A DNA stretch of 64,000 nt from the human T2T-CHM13v2.0 reference genome, Homo sapiens. Location of the stretch: assembly GCF_009914755.1 (NCBI RefSeq), contig NC_060934.1. One strand, given 5' to 3'. Below are positions 32,930-47,399 of this stretch, one piece after another. Each line of letters starts with the position of its first letter. Positions within the stretch are counted from its first letter, which is position 1. The notes under the pieces are model-generated. The model was not told the origin of the DNA. It saw only the letters and a program-made list of their open reading frames with translations, and ran no database searches. A program made the position numbers and the translations under genes.

Positions 32930-33225
32930 GAAACGCTAGCTCCTTTCTGCATCCCCAACCCCATTCCCCCAATCCAAGAAAACAAGCATGAACAGTTTGG
33001 TATATATATCCTTCTTTCCTTTTCTCTGCTTAGCCAAACATATTATTGTCTATAAAATATTCGGAAAGTATTTTTTCTTCAAAAGCAGAACCACATAATG
33101 TGCATAACAATCAACTTTTTTTTCCACTAAAAGTGAAATGGATATGTTTCTAGGTCAATCATTCAATATATATATAGCTCCAGTTCACTCTTCTCAATTG
33201 CTTCCTGCAATTTCATAGTATTCAT
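32930..33225 (-). mobile_element. Ancient L1ME-like 3' fragment
   Basis: aacagtttggtatatatatccttc...caacttttttttccact...tttctaggtcaat. Confidence 0.45.
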
Positions 33226-35214
33226 ACGTAAAGAGTTTGCTAGAAAATCACATGTCTCTTTCATTGAGCCAACATAGAGTTCTTGGTGATGGAACAGGTA
33301 TAAACTACCTTAAATAAGAGTCACTTTTGGTTTCCAAGTACAGTTAGGCCAGTTAGGGGTATAAGATGTGGGCATGGGACAGGAGGGCTCATTGTTCAAG
33401 GTAGCCCATAAGTGGCACATAAGTGGCCTACACAGTGGATATTTTAGGGAATGTTATGTGGGCTGAGAAGTCCTAGACAGCCTTATGGAAGAAGTATGAT
33501 TTCAGGTGGACCTTGAAAGAAAGGGAGAGTTACTATTGACATTTTAGGCATGTGCAGCAACGCCAATTAGTGACTAATGAAGTGTTATGAGGCAGAGGGT
33601 CTGATGGACGTATGCCAAGCTTAGACAGCAATCAATTGTAAGTGACACAGTCTGGATTTAAATAGAGAGGAGCTAATGTCACTCAAAGTTCTTAAAGTCA
33701 GTTGGTTTTCCCCAAGTAGGTTAATTATGCCTCTTGCCCCTAATTCTTTCACACTCTTGATTTGTGTAACAAACTCTATTTTCTCTGAAAGCTCATATGT
33801 CAACTTGAGTCTTGTCTATGTCCAAATGATTACAAGTTTGAAATCCAGCATGTTTCTGTTAACAAGCTTTGACATGATGCCCATTAGACGGTGAATATCA
33901 TAGGGCCCCACGGGTCTGTATCAGATCACAAGGGCCATCTCAGCACAGGCTGCAATCAGTCTCTCTGTAGGAGAAAGAGTCCTCGCTATCTGGGTGTTTG
34001 GGAGAGCAGGCTTCTCTCCTTCTGGTCCAACAGTGGGTTCATGTGCCTTTGTTCTGGCTTCCCACACACTGTCCCGTTTCCTTGGCCTCCATCCTTTCCT
34101 TGTCCCTCACCAGCATCCATGAGGGCATTCCCTCTGCTTCCAGGTGGTCAATCACTCCCTCTCTGACTCCTCAGTTGTACCTCCTTCCCTGTCATCCTGG
34201 GAGATTCTTCTCCATACTTTTTCTTCAGTTTCTGACCACCTTTTGGGGACATGACCCCTTAAAGTCCTTGTCTAAAGTAGCAGCACTATGATCCAGCCTC
34301 AACTTATTTCCCAAGATGTACAACTGGAAGACACACCTTTACATCCTCCGGCCCCCAGCCCTGAACTCTAGTGCTCCAAAATTTGTTACCTCTTTGCTTC
34401 TCTGTTGCTATAACTCTTGACTTTTCCAAGGTTTGGGGACATAAAAATTCACCACCCACCTCAATATAAAGTTAATTTTCTAAACGCTTTACATTTAGAA
34501 GACTCCAGGAATCATTAAAATCATGTTAAAGAATGAAAGGGACACACAATTTGATGCAGTCCTCTTTAAATGGGAAAAACTCCCAGTTATGAAACATGTG
34601 GGGGAGGCAGATTCTCACCTTAAAGAGGTGGTGCCAGGAATTGCGTTTCCTGTCACGGCACTATCTGAGCTGCTGAAATATCTCCTCTCATTATTGGGAA
34701 CCTATATAAAAGCTGATAAACTTTTATTGCAGGCATATTATAGCTTTACTTTAAAACACCTCCACCCCCCTTGGCAGTGCTGAGGAATGGATTTCATGTG
34801 CGGTGTGCAGCTGCCATTCAAACCCTCTTTGAGTTGAGCGGGGAAAGTGGGGTTAGGGGGAAATAACTCTGGGAGCCCCCAGGTCCTCAGATAGCCTCCT
34901 CTGTACTAAGCTCACTGCCCTTAGGGATCTCACTTTTGCTGGGCCTTGCCCTGTTCAGCGCACTCTATCAGGGTCATGAGCCTCTTGCATGTAAGGAAGA
35001 GAAAGAGTCCTCAAGGTAGGAGAGTGGCTCCTAGTGGTTCCCAATGTGAGTAGCTGCAGGGAGAAGACACTAGAGAGAGTGGCCAGAGTAGCCTCAGTTG
35101 AAATGCAGGCGTGTTGGAGGAGAGAGGTGCCCGAATCTCTCTGGACTTGAGTCTCTTAGGAACAAGTGGCTCAGGCCTGTGGGTCTGAAGACAATTGGAG
35201 AGTGGGGGTGAGAG

Positions 35215-35430
35215 GAGCCTGGGCTCTGATATTAAATTCTTTTCCATTTTATCTTGATTTCCCAGATCACTAGCTGCATGGTCCTGGGCAAGTGACTTTG
35301 TCCCTGTGGTCCTCAGCTCCCTCATGTTTGAATAGAAGTAATATTCCATTGGAGGGGAGTGGTGAGGATTAAATGCAAGAACATAGACAAATCTCCCTGT
35401 TCTGGTCCTAGCAGGAAGTGCCTAATTGAT
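35215..35430 (+). mobile_element. MIR SINE
   Basis: cactagctgcatggtcctgggcaagtgact...gtgaggattaaatg. Confidence 0.7.
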
Positions 35431-35861
35431 GTGGAGCCTCTCCTTTTTGTATCTGATTTAAGTTGCCTCTGTAGCACCATGGTTTTTCTTTTTTATCCAG
35501 TTCTCAGTGGTCTACTCTTATTAATTATTATGAAAATACTTCTACCAGTTGAAGCACTATGTCTTCTACAAGGCCAACTCTAAAAACTCCATGTGCCCAT
35601 GATCCTCTTTCCCATTAACCCTTTATAACTGTTTAACACTTTTTTGGCCCTTTTTGGATTTTTTTCCACATTTGCCACTTGTTTGCTGGGACTACCTGAG
35701 ATTTCCCAAAAGGATATCTCTAATGAAGGCCAAAATTGAGGTTCAGGAGGATAGAGGATGGTTCATACTTCTTAAACGCCCCTTATTGTACAACAATATT
35801 GGGTCATGTATTAGGTATTTAGCAGTTCTGCCTAAGATGATCTGCAATGGACCCTCTAGAT

Positions 35862-36098
35862 GAGGGGTCAGTAAGCTACAGCCTGCAGCTTACTGCAGGG
35901 TAATATTCATCCCACCATTTGCTGTGTTTTTTTTAAAAATACTTTATTGGACCACAGCAACACCCATTTTAAAGCATTGGCTATGGATGCTTCTGTGTTA
36001 TAATGACAGAGTTGAGTATTTGCAATGACAGTGTATGCCCTGCAAAGCCTAAAATACTTACTATCTGGCCTTTACAGAAATATTTTGCTGACCCCCTA
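35862..36098 (+). mobile_element. MER58A (hAT-Charlie MITE)
   Basis: Termini aggggtcagtaa / ttgctgacccc; perfect 8-bp TSD ctctagat (35854-35861 and 36099-36106). Confidence 0.9.
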
Positions 36099-37384
36099 CT
36101 CTAGATCTTCTTCTGTTGATGTGTTTCAAGGTCCTTCCTCAGCTCCAAGAAGACACTGAGGAATTAACTCCCTGAATTCCACTAGGTAAGCTCCACAGTT
36201 GAGCTACTCATTTCCTGGGAAAACATTGTGCTGCCACATGACATACCTGTTGGTATCCTTTACAGGCAATCTGGACCTACCCTGATGAATTAGGGTCCTT
36301 TAAATCCTAAGAGTTATTTTAGGGATAAGCCCTATCCTGGAAGACTCTTAAGAGCTTGAGAGCTGGAAAACCATTAGCCCAGCTGGCAGCTATCCTTGGT
36401 GCTGACCTCAGGCCTGGATTCTCAGATTCTAATACCTTAGTAAGTAGCGTCTTATGTTCGTTAGGCATTTAATTGTTTCCAAGGGCCTCTAAAATGTGTT
36501 TTCACTTGTGTTCTGCTATCATTTATGAGAAAGTAGGAGCCAGAAGAAGTTCAGGTCTCTTGTACCCCATGCAGCCCTGCCTGCCTTGGCTGTATTTTCA
36601 TAATTACAGCTTTGATTTCAATCTCTCATTAAGCGTCATTCTACCCTTCCTTCAGATGCTGCCAGATAGCTTTTGCTGGAATGACAAGATCTTTGGCTTC
36701 ATTTGGGTAGTCATCTTGCCCAGATCTACACTTGACCCTTTGGACTCTGTAAGGCCTGCCTGAGCCTAGACCCTTTACCACCGTCTTGCCCTATTTGTTC
36801 ACCTCCCCAAGAATTTGCCTTTCCAAGCCTCCTGCCCAAATTCCTGACAGTCACTCAACATAAGACAACTTGTTCCTTAGACAGTACCCTCTCTGGGCAC
36901 TAACTAAAGCCCCAAAGTAATAGAAAAGTATTCATCTTCTTTCACAATAGGTGGCCCTGAGATTAAGGGTATTCCCTTTTGAAGAGAAATAATGTGGTCT
37001 TAAAAATCAAAAAACTCCAGCCTCTGACTTCTCATTTTGGGAGATATTTTAAGGTCTTAGATGAAGGTGGATATGTCACTTTTTGCTTCCTGCCCACACG
37101 CTAAGACCAAAGCCATAGCCTCATTCCCGGAACCCGTGGCCTACTCTCAGTATGATGGTTGCATGTTATATTCTGGCACATGCAAGTGCTCAGGTGTGGA
37201 ATAAGGCAACATGTGATTATATTGCTTCACTTAATAGAGGTAGGTGTACCCTAGTGATGGAGATATAGCTATCTCATAGAGTACCAATACATATTTATTT
37301 GGCATAATAGTTTGCAGTAGGGATGGGTCAAAGACATTAAAACCATTAATCACACCCAGTAACCAGAGTATTCCTTGAGTTCTA

Positions 37385-37960
37385 AAAGTCAGAGCATCCT
37401 TAGTGACCACATGCCCAAAACTTCATTTTAACAAGGAGAGAGCTGAGACTCAGGGAAGGGAAGTGTCTTGTCTCTGGGAGTTCATGGCATAACAGGTATT
37501 AGAATCCATATCTACACATTTCCATGTAACTGGCTCATCTTCTACCAATAATTTCCTCTGGTACAGGGGCAGCATCTCAGAGGACCCTTCAAGAGGAAAG
37601 AGGATGATGGGGCCATAAAAGTTCCAATTTTATGTTTGGTTTATTTTGAAGAAAAGATTTTGCTCCTTAAAAAGATATGAAAGTCACTGCAGCAAAACAT
37701 GCTAACTCTTGATTTGGGGAAATTGAAAACCTTAAAAAAACCCTGAAAAGTCATTTTATAATTGGTTTCCATTTACTGCATGTCTACTGTATTCCAGGAA
37801 CTTGACACTCAGTGGCCCATTTAATCTTAAGAACATTCCTATGAGTCACATGTTATGAATCTATTTTGAAAGGAAAGACTAAGTACCATACAGTTAAAAA
37901 ACCTACTCCAAGGATACACAGCAAGTAAGTGGAGGAACTGGAATCCAAACTTACATCTTT
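37385..37960 (-). mobile_element. Two MIR relics (about 37385-37540 and 37770-37960)
   Basis: gagagctgagactcagggaagggaagtgtcttg; caaggatacacagcaagtaagtggaggaactggaatcc. Confidence 0.55.
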
Positions 37961-38079
37961 CTTTTTGTAAAATTTCTTTCATCATTACTCTTAGCTTTTT
38001 CATGTCATTCTATCTCCTTCCTTGATGGCCAGCTACCAAGTGAAATTCCAGCTTTTGTAAATGATAGCTTATTATATCT

Positions 38080-38368
38080 TTTTTTTTTGAGACAGGGTCT
38101 CACTCTGCCACCCAGGCTGGAATGCAGTGGCATGATCTTGGATCTCTGCAGCCTCAGCCTTCTAGGTTCAAGTGATCCTCCTCCCTCAGCCTCCCGAGTA
38201 GCCGGGATCACAAGCATGTGCCACCAAGCCCAGCTAATTTTGTATTTTTTGTAGAGACAGGGTTTTGCCATATTGCCAAGGGTGGTTCTTGAACTCCTAG
38301 GCTCAAGAAACCCTCCCACCTCAGCCTCCCAGTGCTAGGATTACAGGTGTGAGCCATTGTGCCCAGCT
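38080..38368 (-). mobile_element. AluJ
   Basis: gagacagggtctcactctg...ctgcagcctc...ggctcaag are J-type positions; TSD tagcttattatatct / tagttcttatatct. Confidence 0.9.
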
Positions 38369-39352
38369 TAGTTCTTATATCTCATATCCCTGAAGTCTAA
38401 AAAGAATCTCTCATTTTGTTTCGTAGGTAGCATTTAAAGATTGAATAGTAACAGTTTCTTCTAGTTTATCCTCTTGGCCCCACCTGCCTGAGAATAAGAC
38501 ACTCCTGTTTGATAGAAAAGAAAATGAGCAGTACACAGAAGTGACACATTCATCAAGAATGGAGATGATACTGATAAAGGATATCAGTCAGACAATATTT
38601 TAATATGAGAATCCATTCTTTTTCTTTCTATATTTCTGATTTTTTCACTGATCAGTCTTGCATTTTTGTAGAACATGTAGAGGGATAAATGTTTAAGCTT
38701 GGGGAGACCTAGAGGCTTCCGGCTGCTATTGAGGATGTTTCTTGGCTGAGGGCCTAGAGATCTAGTTGCCCCTGTTACGTGAATCTCCACTTCTCTGCTG
38801 GTAGATACAACACTACATCAGTGAAGTTTGAACTGCCAGCCCTGTTCTGGCCGGAGATTTCTAGTAGCATTATTGATATTGGGATAAAGCCTCCTCAACT
38901 GGGAGACGACATCTCTAAATGGCAAACAAGTCTTTGATTTTGGGGAGAATATACAGCCAAGAGGGCCAGCCCCATTGTCAGAGAAGGGAGCAGAGGTTGC
39001 ACTATAGCAGGAATCATATTGGTAGCAGTACCAAAGCAGGCTGGGATCCTGCACATAACCAAGACTTCATTGTTCCAGAGGCTCAGGATAAAGTCAAGAT
39101 GGGAAGAACCCTCCAACTGTAGTCTTTTCTATATTTTGGATATCTGCTGTCAACCACCACCAGAAATTACCTGTGTGAAGTCACCCAGTAGAGGGGAGCT
39201 CTTAGCAGAAGGTAGTAAAAAGGAATTGAGTTCTAGTCCTGACTCAGTTACAGCCTCTCTCTCTGACCTAGGGCAAGAAATGCCCTTTTGCTAAAACTCA
39301 GTGTAGTTCTCTGCAAAAAGAGGGAGTTGGCCAGCTGGTCCTTTTTTGATCC

Positions 39353-39514
39353 TTTTTTTTTTTTTAGGAGACAGGGTCTTGCTCTGTTGCTCAGGCTGGA
39401 GGGCAGTGGCATGATCATAACTCACTGCAGCCTCGGACTCGCGGGCTCAGGTGATCCTTTTGCCTCAGCCTCCTGAGTAGCTGGGACTACAGGCATGCAC
39501 CACCACACCCAGCT
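39353..39514 (-). mobile_element. Alu monomer (FRAM or AluJ right arm)
   Basis: Single right arm with a T tail and no left arm. Confidence 0.85.
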
Positions 39515-40684
39515 TGCTCATACCTTTTTACTGCAAAGGTGAAATCTACACCATTCAGGGGTGAGAACTTCTGCTACTGCCCCATGCTGTGCACTTGTTG
39601 TGTCTACTATGATTGTCTTGGTTGTGTGTGTTGCATGCATGTGAAGTTATATGACATGATGAAGGTAGGAAAGTTATACCAAAGCTTCTGGAAGCCAAGT
39701 GGGTAGGAAGAGCTAGAAAACAAAGTTCCAGCTCTTCTCTCTGGATGCCTGAAATACCCTTGCATGGGGCCTGAGATGCTGCTTAGAGGTAGGGATAGAC
39801 ATGCAACCATTCCTGTACCATTTTCTCTGGCCTCTTAGGTTTCCTGTACATACATGATCAGCTCTAGAGAACGAGGCACAACTCTGTTAAGCCTTCCTGC
39901 TGTTAGCACCATGTTTCGCTGCACCTGGTTGGAGGATGTTTTCCTTGGATAGAGGTGAGAAAATGGTGGAGATTTCTGCAGGTTTGTGCCTGAAGAGTGC
40001 TCAGGAAGGATGAGTTCGAGGTTCCTTAGTCCAATGGGGACCTTGATGTTCAGGGCAGAGGGAGTCCCTGCAGTCTTCAGTTGTAGGATGGGGATGACAG
40101 AGATACAGATGTACCTGTATACTCTTACCTTACAAAGAATGACTCCAATTTCAGGAACAGTGAACCAACTAGATCATCCACCTACCTTGAAATTCTTTCT
40201 AGAATCTTCTTGCCTTCTTGTATTGAATTAGAAAGAGGATTGTCCATGGAGTTGGGCACTCAGGATTCTCTCCTTATTCAATTTAAAAACACCTAACTGC
40301 CTGATCTATAACTCTTCCTGAAATTCCATTGCTGGTGCCTTAATCTCTTTTTGTTGAGGCATTGCTAGCTTTAGGTTCCTTTTTAAAGACCAAATATTCT
40401 GTACCTCAAAAGGAATATAGACATTTATAAGTCTATAACACTTCCACATAAATTAGATTATCAAGTACTTTTTTCCGGTTTGCTGAGAATGTGCCCCAAG
40501 AGAATAATAATTGTAAAGAGTCAAATGCCAGAGGGCACTGATTTCTTTGCAGCATGAAATGCTGCTTTGTACCAGGCCTGGTGGTATTCATGGAGAATCT
40601 GGGCAACTAGTGGCAACATTAATTGTGTGGGCATGGGGGAGAGATGTGCAGTGCATGGGCCATGAAGGTAAGGTGGGTAATTGC

Positions 40685-40920
40685 TGACATTTATTGAATA
40701 TGTAATGTGTCTAGGAACTAAACCACACACTCATATATACATTCGCTCATTTAATTCCCAGAGCACTTCTGTGAGAGAAGCGGTACTACTATTATCTCCG
40801 TTTTATTAATGAATATCGTGAGGCATGGAGAAATTAAATAACTTGCTCAAGGTCATACAACTAAAAAGTGCCAGGGTCAGGATTCAAACACAGGCACTGT
40901 CACCCCAGAGCCTGCACTCT
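40685..40920 (-). mobile_element. MIR SINE
   Basis: catttattgaa...ctcatttaatt...aaataacttgctcaaggtcatacaact...ggattcaaa. Confidence 0.8.
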
Positions 40921-41554
40921 CTTTTTCTGCAAAGTTCACAAATGCAGGACTGTGTGAATAAATAAATGTATGGAAAATACCGATGACTATAATATTCTAT
41001 TTGAGGCTTTCCTTCATACAGTAATGATACTTTGCATTGCACATCTCTTTAAAGTATTTTCACATACACTGACTTTGTGGAATGGGCTGGGAGTGGGTAG
41101 GGTCTACAGAACTTGCTGGACCTTTTGAATCCTTTGGGCCTTTGAATTCTGTACTATCAGAAGGAACATCTTCACTAAAGGAGAGCTGACCCTCCAGAGG
41201 GCGTGTTACCCCTGTCCCATAGCATTTTAGGCGGCCTCCACACCCTTTCCCCAAGCCTCATCATCCATTTCTCTCCCTCTGGGGTTCAGCTATTCATGTG
41301 GGCCAGAGCCCAGAGAGTTTCCTTCCAGGATAAAGGGACCCCAGCTGATTAGCAGCCAAGCCAGAGCTGAGGGAGGTTTGGGATTTTAGGTTAAGTGTTC
41401 ATTTTTAAAAAGTCATATTCTGATCATTTTGGTACCAGCCTAAATTCCACTGGGTCAAGTTGGAGTGGCAGCTTGACGGAGAGGGGCGGAATGGAGCTGG
41501 CCTCTGTGTTCTTACTGCCCTGGCTTCAGTCATTTCTTGCTGAAATCATTCATC

Positions 41555-41700
41555 ACATCAATCACTCATGTATTCAAAAATGTTTTGAGTGGTCCTTACA
41601 AGCCTCATCCTGTGTGGATAGGTACAGGAATCAGGACAGGGAGAAGATGCCATTTCTGGCCTCGAAGAGCTTACAGGCCTGCTGGGGAAAGAAGACTCAC
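41555..41700 (-). mobile_element. L2 3' end
   Basis: tcactcatgtattcaaaaatgttttgagtg...ggcctcgaagagcttacag. Confidence 0.55.
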
Positions 41701-42025
41701 AGCAGAAGCAATGGATTGATGTCCAGAGCTGTGTCAGGGCAGAGAGTGAGAGACAGCCGGCTCTTGGGGTGAGAGAAAGCTGCCGGAGAGTGGCAGGTGA
41801 CTTTCTGCCCATTCTACCAGTCTGCTAGGACCTGACCCATAGGCCTCCTGATTTCCAAAGCCTTCTGTGCTTTTGCACGTATGTGGATCTCTCTACTTTC
41901 TGGCGGCAGACGTTTCTGTCTCTTACATGCCTTAGCATTGTTCTTTGCTTGATTTCCCCCCATGTATTCTTCATTTGGATTGTGGCAGAGCTTACTGCTA
42001 TTCCCATCTTCTGTCTACTTTCTAG

Positions 42026-42190
42026 CAGCACTTTTCAAAGTCATTGTAAAAACGAATCACCTGGGGAACTTGTTAAAATGCAGACTTGGATTCAATAAGT
42101 CTTGTGTGGAGTCCGAGGTTCTGAATTTCTAACAATATTCCAGCAGATGCTGACCCTGTTGGTCTGTGGACCTCACTTTGAGTGGCAAGG
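42026..42190. mobile_element. MER5-type DNA transposon
   Basis: gaatcacctggggaacttgttaaaatgcaga...atttctaacaa...ggacctcactttgag. Confidence 0.75.
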
Positions 42191-42738
42191 TTCTGTAGTA
42201 TTAAACACAAATCAAATCTTCTAAGCTAACTTTTGGATTTATTGAACTGGTTAACGGGCACATCATGTCCTTTCTCTGGGTCTTTTTTTCTCATAGTCCA
42301 GATGAGGAAATTTTTTTAGGATTGACAAATGCTAGGCTTCTGTATCATCATTTCCCTCTTCTTCTCCCTGATCTAGCATTGATAATTGAGCATGGTATTT
42401 TTTCCCACTGAGCTTGGACATGACCTGTTGTGAAGGATTTCTCAATACAGTACCCTGAGGACCCACTTCTGGCCCAACAGAGTTGGCTTGGAGGATGAAT
42501 CCTATTTGCTACTCTGGACAAAATATACCTTAAGCTCTTTTCTAATGGAATAATTGGGGGGTTGGCAGGGAGCCATCCTTGGCACTGTATAGAGATGCCC
42601 CAAAACCTGGCACCTGCCCTGAGAGATGAAGAGTGCCTCCAGAACCTCTCATGCTAGAAAAGCCCCTTGGTCTAGGTCTGGGAAATGAGAGGAGAGGCAG
42701 GAAGATTGAGAACAGGCGCTGGAAGGGAGTGATTAGCT

Positions 42739-42910
42739 CAGTGGTTCTCAACCATGTCTGTGCTTTAGAATTACTAGAAAGTTTTAATGAATAGTAATGC
42801 TTGAAGCCACCCCTAGATATTACATTCAATTGGTCTGGGGAACGACCAGGCATTAACATTTAAAAATCTCCCAGGTGAATCTAATGTGCACTTGGGGATG
42901 GGAACCAGTC
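42739..42910. mobile_element. MER5-type DNA transposon
   Basis: cagtggttctcaacc...attggtctgggg...ctcccaggtgaatctaatgtgca...gggaaccag. Confidence 0.75.
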
Positions 42911-45900
42911 ATTAGGCCCGTCCAGACACACTTAGCAAGTGGTGAGGCACTGAGTTGCTTGCTTCATTTTTCAATTCATAGGGCTCAGAGAGAAGCAGAG
43001 CCCTGACTCCCTTCCCCAAACTGGACACTTCCATGGCTGAGATAAGATAAGCACTTGGAAGTAGCTCCTGCTGAAAGAGTTTTCTGGCTAGAACTGATTC
43101 TATCTCTAGGGACCAAGTTAAAGGTAGAAGGTTTGAGGAAGGACAGCAACCCCCAGCCATTTTTTGCTCAAAATGGCTTCACCTTAAAAAAAAAAATAGG
43201 TAAGGCAACCTCTTTTTGAGCATGATAATTTCTTGGAGGGATGTTATTGGCTCTGTCAATCTAGATTGGTTTTTTCACATTGTCTAGATTTTGTGTTGGG
43301 GGTGCGGGGATCTCCTCTCCTTCCTGGTTGAGGGCTTGGAGCAGGGCAGCAGCCCTGTTCACATTTATGTTCCCTTGATTCTCAATCTTCAATATGGCCC
43401 TTCTCTTCTCATCTGCTTTTTTGAAATGCACACCTCCTGCCCTCCAGCTTCCAGTTCTGTAGAGCTCAGCTAGTTCAGACAAAAAGGTTGGATCAAACTG
43501 ATTCCCATTAAGGTGTGGACAACTGACACCTGCCCCTACCCTAGTCCTCTTGGATTTAAAAAGAGGCTGCTTGTTGTCCAAGTACATCTTTAGTGTATAG
43601 AATTCCAGGTAATAGATGAAGAGAATTGAACCATTCTCCTGATCACAGCTGGGGGAGTTTGGTGGGGCTTTTTAAAGGGAGAAGGAGAGAAGGGATGGCT
43701 ATTCCTATGCTGACTTGTAATGTCTCCTCAAACGGTGAGAACAGGGCATTGTTCAAGAACAAGCCAGATACCTGATGAAGAGCAGTCTATGTCTCTTCCC
43801 TCCTAAAAAAAAAGACAAAGGGTAGGGAGAGGGGTCTGCTTTAGGCAGCTTCAGTATATTTCTAATTATAGTGTCCATTTGTAACCAAGACTTTGGCCTT
43901 CCAAGAAGGCTTGATTATGACATTCATAATTCATTGGCAGTCAGTCTATTACAGATTCAATGATTTCTCCAGCCAGGGAGAGAATCTTGATCCTTTAAAA
44001 ACTGATTTTTCACATTAGAATAGCAAAAGCAATTAGTTTTATTTTTAGCTCAGTTAAGCAAGAGCTCTAATGAAGCTGAAAGGAAGGTTTTTCCCATCTT
44101 TCTTTCTCCCATTCTTTTCCTTGAGAGAATTCGCCCTGGGTGTTTGTCCCCTGCTGCCATTGGGTCTTTGTAGGATGCCTCTGGCTGCTTTAGGAAACCT
44201 GCATGATGAGGACTTTGTGAAGGCTGAGGGTGGCTTTCAGAACTTTGTACTTAGCCTTGTATTTCCTGAGGCCTAGATCTTCACTCCAACTCCTGTTATG
44301 AAGGTGAGGGTGGAAGTGTGTGCAGGGATGAGCTTGGCAGCCTTAGTCCCTAAACCCCACATTACATCTGGAGTTTCTGGCATGAAAGCAGAGGACAATA
44401 TTACCTGGCATTGAGGGCCCTTCTTCCCACAGTCTGAGCTCAACTTACCATTCTCAGCCTTGTCCCCCCAGTTCACCTGCACAAACTCCCACTCTAGCCA
44501 GAAAGGTTTACTCATGCACCCACGGTAGGACTACACACATTTCTCACTCACTTCCTGAACAGCTTCCTTCCCAATGCCCTGGAGCTCTCTTTCCTCTGGA
44601 TTCTTGGGTTCCATCTTGTGCCTATACCTGTAAATCTCATGGCAGTGTCGGGCACACGCTGCCTTGGACCACTGGTTAACCTGGTCAGGTTTATTAACCA
44701 GCCAGATGCCTACAGGCTCCAGAGAGCTGGCTAAATGAGGAAAGCTGGTTATGGTAGGAACTGTGGTGACCAGAGAGCACAGGCCCAGTCTAAAGAATGC
44801 AGCCAATCTTCAATGGCGAAAGACTGTTTTCATGTTCAGCTTCTGATCCAGCATTGTCAGATTTTCTGATAGTTTTCAAAGGGAGCTTGACATCTAGATT
44901 TTAAAATGTATATAGTATCCTAATTTTTAAAAGTTGGAATGAATTCAATTTTCTTTAAAACCCTATGTGGGCCAAAACCCCTGTCTGGGGGCCACCATTT
45001 TGTTTCCTCAGTTGTAGGCTTTGAGAGCTGAACCCACAGACCCCAGCTCAGAACCCTGATTTTAAAGCCTCATGGAGCTCTTGCTGCCTCTCGGGTCCTG
45101 ATCTGTCAGGTAGAGGAGCCAGCTTTACATGGCACCAGGATCAGAGAGGCCCAGGGGCCTCACAATCACACAGCGACCTAGGAGAGAGCCAGCATGAACT
45201 TGTAGCCTCTGGCCCAGAATCCTTTTTGCTAGTTCCACACAATGAATGGTGATACTGACTAAGGGCATGGTGCCAATTTCTATTGATCTTTACTGTTGTC
45301 CAAGCTTAATGAAAAATGGGGAAAACACCTTTCCCTTCAGAATGGATTAGATAAGGGAAAAGAATAAAAAAACTTCACTCCTGTTAGTTTCCACATCATT
45401 TTTGTATGAAAGATGCTTCCGAAATTTAGCACTGAAAAGACAGTTCTTGAGAAGCTGTATACCAGCCACTGTGGAACCCACGACCTAGTTCCTATCCTTG
45501 GTAGGCTTATAGTCACAGGCTCAAGACTATGAGCTCCTAGAGAAGGAACTCAGCCATACTCTGCATTGAGTGTCTCCCAGCCCTCAGCAATCTGCCCAGC
45601 ATGTAACCGGGACTGAACAAATTGAATATAAACATGGCAACACAGGTGACACAAAATGAAGGAGAGGCAATACAGACCTTCCAACTAAACCATTCAAATA
45701 GTTTCATCTTGATGTAAGAATTTTATTCCTCATATGAATCTCATCTTGCATGTCATGGCATCATTTTCTCTTGGTGAGCATTTTCTCTTGTGACAGAGTA
45801 GTATCCTGAACTGATACTAAATAATATACCATTATTCAAGGTGATATTGCCTAGAAACCTGGCATGGGGCTGGGGGGAGTGATGGCATGAGCAACAATGG

Positions 45901-46726
45901 TAGAAAATAGGTAAAAGACTGTAGTTAATGCATCCCTTCTAAATCCTCCTCTCTGTTTCCCTCTTCTTAGTTTATCCTGCCTCCAACCTCTAAGAAATTC
46001 CCAGGAAAAATGGAGCATTATGGTGTGTCTTCCCATTTTCAGGACCTGAAAGATTGCTTGCTGTTCTCAGAGAGGGTATAAAAATTAGACCCTGGTGGAG
46101 GCCAGCTTGGGGTGTTGGATGAGCCTCTGACAGAGGATATGAATCTTGGCTGCAGGTGCTGGTGAAGGATGGTGAGGTTGACAAACCTACATCAAACACA
46201 CCTCCGTTCTAGGGGAGCCATCACTCACCTCTCTGCACTCTGGTGGCCCATGCTAATGAGATCCCAGCTCATATACAACCCCTGCCCAAAAGCTGGGGCC
46301 CAGCCTCTCAGCAGACAGAGACAGAGTAGTCCTTGGAGGAACTATGAAGGAGACCGCGCTCAGCTGTATCTTCTCCCTACTCTCCAGTCTGCATTTGGAG
46401 TGGCGTTTCTGCTACCTTCCTCTGCCTCTGCGTCATCTTCTTAATTCCTTGCCTAGGGCATGGCCTCTCTCAAATGACTAAATAAATGTGGTTGAGTATT
46501 GCATCATGTGTTCTTCATTCCTCCTGGTGGCTGTTATATTTACAAGGAGACCCCAGGCATAAGACAAATGCTTAACCTAAGGAATAAATGTTTCATTGTC
46601 ACATTTCAAGCACCTACTAGGAGGTGGTTTGGAAGGGATATTGACAGCCCTTTTGAAAATGGAAGTTCCATCACCTATTTACTGATAGGTGGTCCTGACC
46701 ATCAGCTGAAAGGAAACTGAGTATAG

Positions 46727-46790
46727 ATGATGATGAGGATGATGATGATGAAGAAAGAGTGACAGCAATGATGATGACGAGATGATGATA
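46727..46790. repeat. (GAT)n imperfect microsatellite
   Basis: atgatgatgaggatgatgatgatgaag...atgatgatgacgagatgatgat. Confidence 0.75.
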
Positions 46791-46853
46791 CAAGCTAACA
46801 TCTGACAAGTGCTTGCCAAACACCAGGCACGACATTAAGAGTTTACATCTACA

Positions 46854-47218
<365 letters not shown>

Positions 47219-47399
47219 TTATTCAGAAATGAAGACACCCAGCCTCAGAGAGGTTCAATAACTTACCTATATTGCTAAGAAATAAGCATTGATGGGAGCT
47301 GCCCTAGAAATCCTCCCTTTTCAACAAATAAGAAAAAACCAAGGAGGCTTAGGCTGCCATTTCCTTTGTGACGTATTTTCAAATCCCACCTAATCCTTC

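Noticed and set aside
43261-43587. 108-aa minus-strand ORF with protein-like composition and a faint resemblance to the SRP14 N-terminus (FLSELAELY...KKAD)
   Set aside because: I see no nucleotide similarity to SRP14 as I recall it, no poly(A) or TSD, and no convincing splice sites. It is likely chance; BLASTP or PhyloCSF would settle it.
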